Source: Octopus sinensis (taxonomy: Eukaryota). From it: a stretch of 64,000 nt of DNA. Every line of letters begins with the position of its first letter. The stretch's first letter is position 1. Positions 24,910-39,746 of the stretch are shown one piece after another. The position numbers were made by a program, and so were the translations under genes. The notes below the pieces were generated by a model, which did not search any database, was not told the origin of the DNA, and saw nothing but the letters and a program-made list of their open reading frames with translations. The stretch is from NCBI RefSeq assembly GCF_006345805.1, contig NC_043020.1:30256001-30320000 (forward strand). The letters are read 5' to 3'.

Positions 24910-26727
24910 TCTGAATGTTTTTTCCAATAATAATATTGTATATGACATGAGATGTTTGCCTTGCTGTAACGTTTGTTATCTTCTTTAAGAATTATATATA
25001 TATGTATGTAAGCATCTATCTATATATGTGTATGCATGTGTTGTGTATATATGTATATCTATATATGTGTGTATGTCTGTGCATGTGTATTTGTGTATAA
25101 GCCTATCTAAACATCAACGGATAGTTGTAAACGAGCATCACTGTCATCCAAGCAACACTGTTTCCTTCCCAGTCTTCTGATCAAGGGTGAACCAGCCATG
25201 ACCACTCCACTGTTGTTTAGCCTGAAGCTAGTTAAAAAGAAAACATCCTGTGAGCCTACAAGCTCCTTTTATGAAGGAAACTTGACTACTATATTTAGCA
25301 AGCCAAGCAGCAGCATAGAGGCTTCTACTTTGGCTCATAATAGACTCCCTTGGTGTCTTTCTTGGCCCCTCCTTAAAGTGATAGAGGTTTACTCAAGGGA
25401 GATTTGGCTGTTATGTTTAGCAGAGGTTCCCACATTGGCTCATTGAGTTTTCGTTTTTTTTCACTTTGTGTCTTCTCAGTTTTAAGATGGCAGAATGTGA
25501 TTTGAGGGATATTTTAGCTGCTATTTATAGCAGGCTGAATGACTGCATAAAGGGTGCCATTGTTGGTTGAGGATCTTTAGATTAGAAGTGAAGGATAAGA
25601 GAAAGGGAGAGATGGAGGGAGAGAGAAGAGAGAGAGAGAGGCAAAAAAGTGAGAGAGCAAGGGAGGGAGGAGAAGAGAGGGGGAGAGAGAGAAAGAAGGG
25701 GAGAGAGAGAAAGAGGGGAGAGAGAGAGAAAGATAGGATAGAGGCTCCTACATTGGCTTGTAACAGAATCCCTTGGGGGGGGGGGTCTTTTCTTTCTGTC
25801 TTTAAATTGGGAGAGAGAGAGAGAGAGAGAAAGAATTGCGAGATAGGGGGAGAAAGACTGACAGACACAAAGGGGAGAGAGAGAAGGAGAAATGAAAGAA
25901 AGAGAGGTGGAGGTGAGAGAGAGAGACAGAGAGAAAGAGAGGAGAGAGAGAGGGGGAGAGACAGACAGACACAAAGGGGAGAGAGAGAAGGAAAAAGAAA
26001 GGTGAGTGGGAGGGGGAGAAATTGATTAATTAATAGAATTAATATTTGACTAAACGAGACAGCCACAAAATTTGAGGAAGATTTATTAATGATATTGTTT
26101 AAGTAATGAACCAAGGAAATGGCAATCAGTTGATAACGAGCCAATCTCTAGACTCGTTAATTGTTCTTGAAGAGTGTTTTCACTTGAATGGCTAAAAGTG
26201 ACAGATTTTTTCGCAGGAGAACAGAACAATTTTCATTGTTTGAACAGCAAGAAATTATTCAAACAGCAATTATTACATAATTTAATATAAAATGCGAAAG
26301 GAAATTGAGTTTTTTTTGGTTTTGTTTTTTGACTTCATTAACACAAATGATTTGGGTGAAAAAAAAAATCGTCATAAATTAATATTAATAAAGCAGCAAA
26401 TTATTTACTGCTACAAACATAAAAACAAAACAAAAACGAGAAAAAAATTATGAAGGAAGAAAATGAAACAAAAATTATGGAAATGTAGTGAAAACACCAT
26501 TAGTGTTAAGAAATTTTATGTAGGGGAGTCAGAAAGAAAAAATCTCATCAAAAATAATTATGTGGTGAGGAAAAGACAAATAGCTCAGTGACCCAATAAT
26601 TATATTTTAATTAGTTTGGCAAAAATGGGTGACAACTCTGGACATGTTTCGGTCATATTAAACCTCCTCGGTGAAGCAGAAACTTCATCGTAGTTGAGGC
26701 AGAAGTGGTGAATGAAGAAAAATTCAG

Positions 26728-27455
26728 GGAATAGATACTTTGCTTCTTGCTTTCACTTATTTCAGTCATTAGACTGAGGCCATGCTGGGGCACCAGTGTG
26801 AAGGTTGTTAAGTCAAACAAATCAATTTCAAGACTTATTTTCAAAGCCTGGTACTCATTCTATCAGTCTCTTTTGCTGAACCACTATGCAAGCAAACCAA
26901 CACCGGCTGGAAAATGGTGGGCTGACAAACGCAAACATAAACACACATACGTACATATACAATGAGCTTCCACACAGCTTCCATCAACCAAATTCACTGA
27001 CAAGGCATTGGTTGGCCCAGGGCTATTGTGGAAGACACTTGCCCAAAGTGCCGTGCTGTGGGATTGAACCTGAAACCACAGGGTTGCAAAGCAAGTTCCT
27101 TAAATCACACATCCCATATACGAATACACTCTGTATCCGTACTTATTTTTTCTAAGCCTGGTACTTATTCTGTCAGTCTCTTTTGCTGAACCACTAAGTT
27201 ACAGGGATGTAAACACACAAACACCAGTTGTCAAGGGGTGCCGAGGGACAAATACAGACACACAAACACACACCACATAGATATATATATATACAAAAAG
27301 CTTCTTTCAGTTTCCATCTATCAAATAATCCACTCACAAAGCTTTGGTTGGCCCGAGGCTATATCAGAAAACACTTGCTCAAGGTGCCACGCAGTGAGAC
27401 TGAACCTGGAATCATGTGGTTGGGAAGCAAGCTTATTACCACACAGCTATGCTTA
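26728..27455 (-). mobile_element. Two adjacent family A SINE copies
   Basis: About 26728-27110 and 27140-27455, both on the minus strand. Confidence 0.8.
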
Positions 27456-27682
27456 TGAAACAAGAAAGAAAAACATAAAAAAAAAAGGAAAGAAACCAAA
27501 ATCTTCAACTTTGAACAAAAACCGAGCTGATGGAGACAGTCTGTGATTGTAAGGACATACGATAGCGGTGAGAAATTTTATATCACTTAATGCCTGGTGC
27601 TAGACGGTTCCTTCAAATAGATTATTTATGATATGGGAGTTAATTTTTGTAAACAAAGCCCTATATAATATATATAATATAT

Positions 27683-27740
<58 letters not shown>

Positions 27741-28334
27741 ACCATTGCACCAAAATATATCTTTCCTTCCTACATCCTGTGTCTCTTCTAATATTTATTC
27801 ATGTCCCTATAAAAATTTCGTGCATTTGAAGTAAAAGGACCAAAGGACCATCTCCTGTCTTGTCTGCAAGTGGGAATCATTTGCAATAAATTAAGAATTT
27901 GTCTTGCATGGTTATTTAATACACTCTTAGACCCTTTTTTGGGTTTGTGGGTCACGCTCAGATATTTCTTTCTGCTTGTTTCTATTCTATATAGAAATGT
28001 GTGATTGTGTGTGTGTGTGAGATATAATAGATAAATAAATGAATATATATATACGTAAGATATATATATATATATATATATAATATATATATATATATAC
28101 ATGATATATATAATATATATATACATGATATATATATATAATATACATGATATATATATATATAATACATGATATATATATATATATATATATATTCCTT
28201 TCTGTTGAGAGCATAGGCTTGAAACATAAAAGACATTTTCATTTTCCCAAGTGTCAAACTAATACACCTGCTTGTTGTTTATACACCTGTCTTCATCTTT
28301 TGTTTTTCAATAAATTTCAACTATATATATATGA

Positions 28335-28370
<36 letters not shown>

Positions 28371-28739
28371 GGTGCAGGTGTGACAGTGATAAGGAGTTTG
28401 CTCCCTAGCCTAAAGTTTAAATTAGTGCCTCAGCATGGCCACAGACTAATGACTGAAACAAGGAAAACGTGTGTGCCCACTTATATATATATGTGTGTGT
28501 ATGTATGTATGTATGTATGGATAGATAGATAGATAGATAGATAGAAAGATAGATAGATAGATAGATAGCTGAATGGGTGAGGATACTAAAAGACTCCCTT
28601 GACCTGGGGGAACATCTTTAATTCCAACACAGAGGTCTTCGGCCCATGCTTGCACTTCAGGAAATTACTGCTGGCTTACTGGGACCCACAAGATAACAGG
28701 TTCATTTACGATTGACAGCCAAAGAGAGACAATCCCCTG

Positions 28740-29060
28740 AAGTTGACAGAAGAATAAAGTCTTTTCCTCCTCCATTTTCTAGGGTCCTTTGCAAAATAAA
28801 ATGCCAGGAGAAACTGTAAAATGCAATCATGAAAGGAAAATGGACGTTCACCGGTCATAAACGAGAAAGAGAAAAGCTTGGCAAGTTCTTGTTAACAGAT
28901 GCAGCAGATGGCAAAAGAATGAGAGGAAGACCTAAGACCAGATTTTGTGATAACATCAAAGAAGCTGGATGCAAACAGGAAAACTGAGCTCAAAGCACGA
29001 GGAGAGATAACAATTGGCAGAAGTTACAGAGTGACTCAAAGGCAAAGAGTTTCGTGCATT
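28740..29060 (+). mobile_element. RTE-clade LINE 3' remnant
   Basis: From 28826 one frame reads IMKGKWTFTGHKREREKLGKFLLTDAADGKRMRGRPKTRFCDNIKEAG, matching the RTE GH...GKRxRGRP...DNIKE motif. Confidence 0.8.
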
Positions 29061-29326
29061 GATATCTATCAAACTATTGGCCCTTGAGACAGTCTCTAAC
29101 TTTTGTTGATCATCAATAAGAAAACACACACACACACAATGGGCTTCTTTCAGTTTGTGTCTACCAGTCCTAATCTCAAGGTTTCTGGTCAGCCCAACGT
29201 TAAGGTAGAAGACACTTGCTGAAGGGGTTAGGGGCAGTGAACTCCTTAACTACACAACCCAGTCTCTCTCTGTCTGTCTCTCATTCTCTCTCTCTCTCTC
29301 TCTCTCCGCTCTCTCTCTCTCTCTCT

Positions 29327-29375
<49 letters not shown>

Positions 29376-29964
29376 ATTTATCTTTTACTGTTTCAGTCAT
29401 TTGACTGCGGCCATGATGGAGCACTGCCTTTAGTCGAGCAACTCGATCCCGGGACTTATTCTTTGTAAACCCAGTACTTATTCTATCGGTCTCTCTTGCC
29501 GAAACGCTAAGTGACGGGGACATAAACACACCAGGACTGAACCCGGAACCATGTGGTTGTTAAGCATGCTACTACCACACAGCCACTCCTGCACCTATAT
29601 ATATATATATATATTAATAATATACATATATATATATATGTATATGTAGTTGTATATCTATGTGTGTACCTGTGTTAAGAATGCAGAGATGATGGTGGTG
29701 ATGATAGCAGTTTTGGAAGTGGTGGTGGCAGCAGCAGCAGCAATGAGTGGGGAGTTGTATTATGAGAAGAGTGAATAAACAAAAAAGAATTTATCGGATA
29801 AAGTGAAATAACAATTCATCAGTTATTGTCTGTATGACAATGGCTGAACGGACAAGATGACGATGATGATGATGATGATGATGACGATGATGATGATGTA
29901 CGAGTATTGGTGTATTGGTGAAAGGAGGAGGTGGGTGAGAGTGGTGGTAAGAGAGCGAAGTGGA

Positions 29965-30038
<74 letters not shown>

Positions 30039-31058
30039 TGTGTGAGGGGAATCTCTCGGATCAATCGACAGAGAAGATCATTCACAGACATATGATCGCT
30101 GTTGTTTTTAAACTTGAACATTCAACAACAACAACAACACCAACAACAACACCAGTTGTTGCATCGGTTCTGCTGTCATTGCAGCATTTTTGAAAATGAA
30201 GAATTTAGTTTAGGTTTTGGAATATGAGAGGAGATGGTAGGGGGGGGAGGTAGACAGATAGAGAGAGAGAGAGAGAGAGAGAGGTGGAAGATGAGGTGAG
30301 AAGGGATGAAAAGGAAGAGAAGAGATGAAGAAGAGAATATATTGAACACTGGAAATGTGAAAATGTAAAAAAAACTCTTAAGATTATTATTATTATTATA
30401 AAAGTAGCAACAACACTACACCATCACTACAAATACTAATACTATTTAATATGAACAAATGAGGGAACCTCTATGTGGTAACACGACCTGCTAGAAATAG
30501 CAGCCAAATCTTCCTCAAATCTCATTCACAACAAGTTGTTTGAGAAAAAAGGACAATGGATGTGGTGCTAGGTTTCTCATCCGATGGGAAGTGGGCGACG
30601 GAGAGAGAGACAGGATTGTCGTGATTGGAAACGCCTTTGATCATAAGCCTGCTTTGTCAGGGATGGCCCAGGGCTAAACTACAACAAACAGCCACTTACT
30701 ACCATGAATGATGGTGATCAAGAAGAAAGTGAAGAAGAAGAAGTGAAGGTGAAGAAGAAGAAAAAGAAGCTTTAAAGTAAAAGAGAAAAGAGAAGTCTTT
30801 CCAATTAGACATTTTTTATTTCAAACTTGAAAAAAAAAATTAGAAGACATAAAAACAGTCACATGTGCCTGTGTGTGTATATGTATGTATGTATCTGTGT
30901 AAATATATGTGTATGTATGTACATACCTGTCTGTCTGTCTGTCTCTAGCTATCGATGAATTTCTCTGTCTGTCTGTCTATCTATCTCTCTCTCTCTCTAT
31001 ACACACATATATAGACATGTATATGCTTGTATGTGGTTGTGTGGATGTGGGTGTTATT

Positions 31059-31101
<43 letters not shown>

Positions 31102-32336
31102 GTATGTATAATACCCACACACACACACACACCCAAACTTCACTCTCCCACACAAACACATAAGACAGTAAAGAAAAAATGTGCTAGAAACAAAGTGTGT
31201 ATAGGTATGGGGGAAGGAGTGGTGGGGGTAAGTCGAGGGGGGAGGGTGTGGTGGGTGTAACAGTGATGGTGGAGGGGTGGAGGGGGTGGGGTTGTGGTGG
31301 CAACATTCAGAGTGAAATAAAAATAGAAGACGAAGATTTATCTGAATCTGGAATTAAAAATACTTTTCTTCTCCATCAGCAAATAATAATAATAATAATG
31401 ATAATAATAATAATAATAATTATAAGAAGAACAACAACAAGAACAGCAACAGAATGGCTTTAAATTAAAAATAAAATAAACTCAATATAAATTGAAATAA
31501 ATAAAGTAAAAAAAAAAATAAACTAGTAAAGTAATTAATGAAACAATAAAATTGAAATGAAATCAAATAAAATTGAAAAAAGAAGAAACAAATTTTTTTC
31601 CAATAATAAAACCTCAAACACAACAACAACAACAATAATAATAATAATGATAACAATAATAATAATTTAAATTAAATAAAATGTAGCGAAAAAGATCCGA
31701 CATCCCCCCCCCCACTCTGCCACTTGTCTCTGTTCGTTATTCCTCACTCCAGAATTAGAAAATACCAAGAAGAAGAAGAAGATTTAAACAAAGGTATTTC
31801 TGTGGAAAATGCACAACAACAACAACAAAGACGATAAGTAAAACAATTGGCAAAACAATAACAACAGCAATAAGTTCAACAGCAGCTGCAATCACAGTAA
31901 GAGTAAGAACAGCAACGAGGAGGAGCAGCATACAACAACAACAACCACATTGATAACAACAGTAGCAGAGATAACAACTACACAGCTGACAACAGCTACA
32001 ACAACAACAGCAACAACGACAAGATTCGTTCTGTTGTTGTTGTTTTGGTGAGTTGAGCAGAAAGATTTTTCATTGTTAAAATTCATTAGAGAAAGTGAAG
32101 GTTTGAAGGTTTGTTAGCAGAAGGCTGTGATTGTGGGTGGTCGTGGCGGGGCAGAAAGTGACGTAATATTCTAATGTCATTAGATGATCGATAGAGCGGG
32201 TGGGTGGGGTGGAGTGGGTGTGAGTGGATGGAGAAACGATATATATGTACATACATACAAACAAATCACACATACATATATATATGCACATATGACAATG
32301 TTGGTGTGTGTGTATGTATATATATGTGTGTGTGTG

Positions 32337-32377
<41 letters not shown>

Positions 32378-32381
32378 ATAT

Positions 32382-32412
<31 letters not shown>

Positions 32413-33071
32413 ATATATGTGTGTGTGTGTATATATATATATGTATATGAAATAAGAGCAAGAATGTGGTGAGAGTTGAGAAGCAAAAGAGAGAAAAGTA
32501 AGAGAGAAATAAAGGCTGAATTAACCAATTCTTGTTTAGCCTCCAGTCCGCTCTGATCTGGGAGACCTATAATCCAAAAGATTCCAGCCGTGACCATCTA
32601 GTCTTTTAGATAGGAATCGAAGACAGCATTATCCAACATGCCTTCTATTTCCAGCAGCCTGCCTGTCGAGCCACCCTCGTTAACGAAACACATGAGATGG
32701 CAATCAGTAATTAGGACAAGAATCTTTATTTAGAATCAGTTTTGGTGGAAGGAAACAACAACAACGACGACGTCAACTTGCTGAGATTCTGGTGTTGTTT
32801 CACAGAAACAAAATGATATCAAAGAAGATCGACAGCGCCAACATCCACCAACATCCACCAACAGCCATGCATGCACGTGTGTGTGTGTGTGTGTACTTTG
32901 CCAGTGCAGAATGTATGTGTATGAATGTAGAGTCCATGTTGTCTGAGAGTGATTTTGTGTGTATAGATGTCTTTTATCTTTTCCTTGCTTCAATCATAAG
33001 AGTGTGGCCATGCTGGAGCATTGCCTCGAATGGTTTCAGTCTAACAAATTGACCTCAGCATTTTATAGTAG

Positions 33072-33382
33072 AAGTGTCTTCTACTATAGCCTCGGGCTGA
33101 TAAAAGCCTTCTGAGTGGATTTGGTAGATGGAAACTGAAAGAAGCCCGTCTTATATGTGTATATGTATATATATATATGTGTGTGTGTGTGTTTGTCCCC
33201 ACAACATTGCTTGACAACTGATGCTGGTGTGTTTACATCCCTGTAACTTAGTGGTTCAGCAAAGGGAACCGATAGAATAAGCACTGGGCTTACAAAGAAT
33301 AAGTCCTGGGATCAATTTGTTTGACTAAAGGCAGTGCTCCAGCATGGCCGCAGTCAAATGACTGAAACAAATAAAAGAGTAT
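33072..33382 (+). mobile_element. SINE family A, head truncated
   Basis: AAGTGTCTTCTACTATAGCC through GACTGAAACAAATAAAAGAG. Confidence 0.85.
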
Positions 33383-33393
33383 ATATCTATCTA

Positions 33394-33432
<39 letters not shown>

Positions 33433-34835
33433 AATGGGCTTCTTTCAGTTTCTACCTACCAAATTCATTCACAAGCCTTTGGTCAGCCAAGGAGCCACAC
33501 ACTGCCCCTGCCATCAAAATGATGGACATGTTGGACAATGTAGTTCCTACATTATATGAAAATCAATAAGATGGTCACTGTTGGAAGGCCTTTGACCTCG
33601 TGCCTCTGTCTGTTGAATCACAGTTGACCCGGGGCTAAACAGCAACATCAAATCAGAAATCTTTTTTATTCCTTTTTTTCCCAAGTTTTTCTATTCCCTT
33701 TTAATATTAACCCTTCCAAAAGTGGCCATCTGGCAGAATTGTTGGCACACCATGCAAAATACGTAGCAGCATTTTATCCAAGGTCAACTCCTCCTTTCAT
33801 CCTTTCGGGGGGTGGGGGGTGAATAAAATAAATACCAGTCATACAATGGGGTTGATGTAATTGACTCTCACCCTCCGCCAGAATTGGAAACAAATATTAA
33901 ACGCTTCAGAAAACACATTTTTTGTTGTTGTTGTTGGTGTTATCATTTATTTATTTATTTATGTTGCGATTGTTTTTGCTGCTGCTGTAGTCACCCTTGT
34001 TATTGTTGTTGGTGGTAGTGGTGGTGCTAATGTTGCTGCTGTTGTTGTTGCTGTTATTGCTGAAAGATAAATCTGATTGACAAATAACCAGAGATAATGG
34101 TGATCCAACAAATATTGTGACATCTGATAGAAATATATGAGGAGAGCGGGAGAGAGAAGAGGAGGAGAGAGAGAGTGGCAGATGGGGGTGGGGAATGATA
34201 GTAGAGAAAAAAAAGGAAGAAATGAATAATGTTATAATAATAAAAAAAAAAGAAGGAAAATAAGATACAAAAAAGAAAAGATCAAAAATCAAAACTAAAA
34301 AAATTCCCCCAAAAATAATTGAATAAAAAAAGACACAAAATGTATGGATGGAACTTTCAAGAAAAGCTAATCTTTGCTATTTTTTTGTCTTTCAAACTAA
34401 AGAATTATTGTTTGTTTCTTTGTGAAAAGCAGTAAATTAACAGAGTGGTTAGAATGCGGATAGAAATGTCTTTTCATATTTGTTTTGGATCTTGGGGTTC
34501 GGAGCACAAATACTGTCAAGGCTAAATTTTGTGTTTTATTTTGCTGGGGTTTCGTTAAAGAGAAAAAAATAAATAAATAAAACCAATTCCAGGAGGTGTG
34601 GCCTGGTTGGATTGGAAGAAGGTCAAGATGTCTTATAGAAAGGCGGTCTGGCTCTTTACGTTTCAAGATCTTCCAAACCGTTTCTGTCCACCAAAAAAGC
34701 ACTCATGCAGCATTAGTTGACCTGGGGCTATAGTAGAAGACACTGGCACAAGGTGTCATGCAGTGGGACTGAACCTGGAACCAGGTGGTTGTGAAGCAAG
34801 TTTCTTACCACACAACCATGCCTGCACCTATATAT

Positions 34836-35243
34836 ACTCTTTTTACTCTTTTACTTGTTTCAGTCATTTGACTGTGGCCATGCTGGAGCACCGCCTTTAG
34901 TCGAGCAAATCGACCCTGGGACTTATTCTTTGTAAGCCCAGTACTTATTCTATCGGTCTCTTTTACCAAACCGCTAAGTGACGGGGACGTAAACACACCA
35001 GCATCGGTTGTCAAGCAATGCTAGGGAGACAAATACAGACACACAAACATATACACACACACACACATATATATACATATATGACAGGCTTCTTTCAGTT
35101 TCCGTCTACCAAATCCACTCACAAGGCTTTGGTCGGCCCGAGGCTATAGCAGAGGACACTTGCCCAAGGTGCCACAGAGTGGGACTGAACCGGAACCATG
35201 TGGTTCGTAAGCAAGCTACTTACCACACCGCCACTCCTACGCC
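34836..35243 (-). mobile_element. SINE family A, full length, CpG-retaining (young)
   Basis: Complete head and tail with many intact CpGs relative to other copies. Confidence 0.9.
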
Positions 35244-35250
35244 CTTATAT

Positions 35251-35296
<46 letters not shown>

Positions 35297-35704
35297 TTAT
35301 ATATATACTATATATGTATATACACATTCATGCCCACCCACGCACACACATTTGACAATAGCTGTAAAAAAGTAATATTTTCTCTCAGAATTCCCACATG
35401 CATAGAATCTGTATTGCAAATGTGAATGTGGAAGCCACTTGTGCATTAGACAACCTGCAGGAGGCATAATGGGTTCAAGGCATACAGATTCCAGCCCCCA
35501 AGGGACATCAGACACACACACACACACATGTACATAAGTCAGTATGCTTCTATGTATATATATTTATATACATATATGTGTGTATCTATGTATATGTTTG
35601 TATATATATATACATACATGCATACATATATATATATCTTCTTAACAAGCATACATTCCATGTGCACATCTTGTTTTGTTATTTTTAATGTTTGTTTATT
35701 TGAT

Positions 35705-35748
<44 letters not shown>

Positions 35749-36260
35749 TCACCTTGTCCCCCCCCATATCTATATATATAGACAGATGTGCATATAGATA
35801 TTTATGATCATTATTTAACATATTATTTAGGTCAGTATATTTAGTACTTGGGGAGGTTGTGTGTGTGTGTGAGAGGGAGGGATAGGAAATGGAAGTAAGT
35901 AGGAGACAGGAAGACATGAGAGCCAATACTCCCTCCTCCCCCCTCTCCTGATATTTGTCTCCCAGAGAAGATATAAATATGTAAATAACATTATAACTGT
36001 TCAGGTGAAAATATTGTTGAAGTGTGGATGTCAAATGCATTGAATTATTATATCCATATATATATGTGTGTATACACACACACATAACTCTATATGTATA
36101 TACATATGTGTGTGTGTCTGTTTATATATATACATAATATATACACACTTATCTACATTATATATACACACACATGCATATATACACACACTCACATATT
36201 TGCATATGTGTGTGTCAGTATGTATATATCTCTTTCTCTCTCTCTCTCTCCCTCTCAATA

Positions 36261-36296
<36 letters not shown>

Positions 36297-37714
36297 CAAA
36301 CATATATATATACACACACACATTAGTGTACACATAGCCTAGTAGTTTATACTTCTCTGTTACTCTATTACATGCATATATAAACAGAGTTGAATGTGTG
36401 TGTGTGTGTGTGTAGACACACACAGAATTGCAAATCTGGCTGAGTGATTTATACACCTCTGCCCCACCCCACGTATACAAACATAAACATAGTCGAGTGG
36501 TTAAGAAGTTTGCTTTGCAATCAGGAGATTCTAAGTTCAAAGCCAGTATGTGGCCTTTCGGGCCCCAACGGAATCTCTCTGTAGTTACTGCCGCACTGTC
36601 TCAGATTCTGAGAGTTCCCTGCCAGCCAGGAATTGATCCCTGGCAGGAGGAGTTGTGGTTGCTGATGATGTTGTCATCAATCAATGATGTCGATGATGAT
36701 GATGATGATATTCAATTCTACTACATTATCTCCACTGGCTGCTATTTCTAGCAGGGTGCATGATCACATAGGCGCCACATCATTGCCTTATCAGTGGCTC
36801 CTTAGTTGGTCCTTCATATGCCCACACATTGGGTCGTCATAAAAGCCTCTGTGGCTCACCAGGAACTCCATTGGCTCACCCTAAGCTCCCTCAATTAGAT
36901 CACCATAATGCCCCCCCCCCCCACCTCATTAGATTACCATTAAACTACTTCTCACAAGCTCACCATCTGACTCTTCATAAGATCATCATAAGGCTCTTCC
37001 CCCACCTTCCATCAGTGCCAGAGCTAGAGTTGGTGCTGTGAAGGGCATCCTTTGCGTGCCCCTACTGTCTGCCTCCAGGCCTGAACAGGCTTATACAACA
37101 GACCCCAAAGTGCTGCCCTCATAAAAAGCATCATCTACGCAGACCCCCCCCCCAACTCTACAACCGCCCTCCACTGCATCATCATGGGTCCCTCATAGGT
37201 CCCTCACTGGTTCATTAGACACCTGCTCATTGCTTTACTGCAATAAGACTTTCTCATCAGATGACCCTGGCTGGGCCTTGTCATTGGATTGCTATAAGCC
37301 ACTCAGGGATTACCATAAACCCATTCGGTGGATCACCTCAAGCCCCTTTTGATGGTTAGCAAGAAACTCTTTCTCAGAGACTCACCAGAAACTCTTCTAA
37401 CCCCTTTATTGGGTTATCAGAAACCCGTTAATGGTTCACTAGAAATCTCTTCAATGACTTGGCAAACCCTGCTTAACAAGTGATCCTCAGTGTCTCCCAT
37501 TCCAGTTGAGTTTTGTTATCATTGTATTAACCCTAGGTCAATCCTAATCCTGCAACCCTATGATCAAAGATGCTTCGCTCTGTCTCTACTCCAGAAACTG
37601 TCTACTTACATTCATATTGTCTAATGTGTCCTTCTTTCCTATGAAGTGATTTGAGGGAGACTTGGTTGATATTTCTAGCATATCAAGCAGCCACATAGAA
37701 GTCTACTCACTGAA

Positions 37715-38100
37715 CTTACTCTTTACTTTTACATGTTTCAGCGATTGGACTGCGACCATGCTGGGGCACTGCTTCAAAGGCTTTGAGCCAAACAGATCAA
37801 CGCCAAGTATTTATTTATTTTCTTTAAAGTTTGTCATTTATTCTATCAGTTTCTTTTTGCTGAACCACTAAGTTATGGGAACATAAACACTCCAACACTG
37901 GTTGTCAATGGTGGGGGACAAACACAGGGACATACACACACATGACAGGCTTCTTTCAGTTTCCTCCGACCAAACCCACTCACAAGGGTTTGGTTGGCAA
38001 GGAGACTGTAGCAGAAGACATTTACTTGCCCAAGGTGGGATTGAACCCAGAACCATGTGGTTGGAAAGCAAGCTTCTCTTAACAACAGAGGCACAGGATT
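37715..38100 (-). mobile_element. SINE family A
   Basis: Match to the family consensus. Confidence 0.8.
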
Positions 38101-38764
38101 GTTTTATTTGTATAACCCAAAGCGAAACATAAATCTGGCAGACCTAACAGATGTAGCCATGTGGCCATCACCCCCGGCACACCTTCCACCACCACCAATC
38201 CATGACCTCAGCACACTCCCAGCCATCCTCTCTTCCTCCTCCTCCTCTTCCTCATCGTTTACATAACCAAATATGAATGATTAAATGTTATTACGGTTGC
38301 TCTTGTTGTTGTTGCCCTCGCATCCCCTCCTCCTCCTCCTCCCCCCACCCTCCCATTTGACTGATGTTTCAACTGAAATATAAACAGACACAACATGTGC
38401 GCCAGGGACACACAGACACACACACACACACACGCACACACACACAGACATGCACACACACACACGCATGTTTAGCAACTGTGTATCACTTATTTATTAG
38501 TGATTCACAACTCAAACATCACACACACACACACACACACATGCAATACCAATATGCACACATGTAATACATACATATATACACATTCACACATGCAGAA
38601 ACACACACACCATATCCACAAATTGTTATACACACACACACACACACACACACAGCACAATACATGCATAATATAAACATATATATACACACACACATAA
38701 TACAAAGACATATACAGTGTATACACACACATGTACACATACTACAAACACATTATACACAATG

Positions 38765-38798
<34 letters not shown>

Positions 38799-39390
38799 GA
38801 AAGAAAAAGACCCAGGGAGAGAAGTAGATTAATCTTCACTTGCTGTCAGGATAAATCAGAGAAAAGATTTATCAAAGATGGAATCTTCTGGATTTCTTGG
38901 AGAGAGAAAAAAAAAAAAATAATAAAAATAAAAATAAAAGACGGAAGAAAAACACTGATGGATGATGGGAAGGGAGGAGGAGGGGGGGAGAAGTTGAAGA
39001 AATGAAAACTTCCAGATTAAATAATTGATATACAAATGATAAAAATATACTACTACTACTACTAATAATAATATTATTATTAATATTATTATTAATCCTT
39101 ATTGTTATGATTTCTTTTATAGATTATTAATAAAAATAATAATAATCATAATAATGAGGTTAATAAAGACAATGTAAAACTGTGGTGGGGGTGGGGGTGG
39201 GGGCGCAGGGGGTGTGGCGGGATTTGACAAGGAGATGCGTTGATGAAGGGTGTTCCTTGTGAAGAATTTGTATGGATGTGTGTGTGTGTGTGTGTATGTG
39301 TGTGTGTGTATGGGAGCGTATGTAAGTATGTGTGTCTTTGCATGTATGTGAAGATGTGTTTGCATAATTATGTATGTTTGTGTGTGTGTG

Positions 39391-39431
<41 letters not shown>

Positions 39432-39710
39432 ACACACACACATATCTGTGTGTGTGTGTGTGTGTACATACATGTATGTTTGCACATGTATAAGCATGCG
39501 TAGTTTTAATCATGAACCGCTTAGTAAACAAATGAAAGTTTGTGGATTTGTACACTTGTAAGTACGTGTGTGTGTGTGTGTGTGTGTAGCTGTGTGCATG
39601 TGTGCGTGTGTGTGTGTGTGTATGTGCCTGCGCATGTGTGTGAGTGTGTATGTAAGCATGTGAGAGATGTTTCAATTATGAATCACAAACAAAATATGTG
39701 GAAATTAACG

Positions 39711-39746
<36 letters not shown>

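Larger units (their letters stand above)
24689..24998. repeat. Long inverted repeat: ~150 bp arms, 8 nt loop, probably Penelope-like derived
   Basis: Arms align at roughly 88 percent by eye (about 16 substitutions and 2 indels). Loop GGGAAAAA at 24840-24847. Confidence 0.9.

Noticed and set aside
36488-36560. tRNA-like sequences here and at many SINE heads
   Set aside because: They have A/B-box motifs but no complete cloverleaf or acceptor stem, and they continue into SINE bodies.
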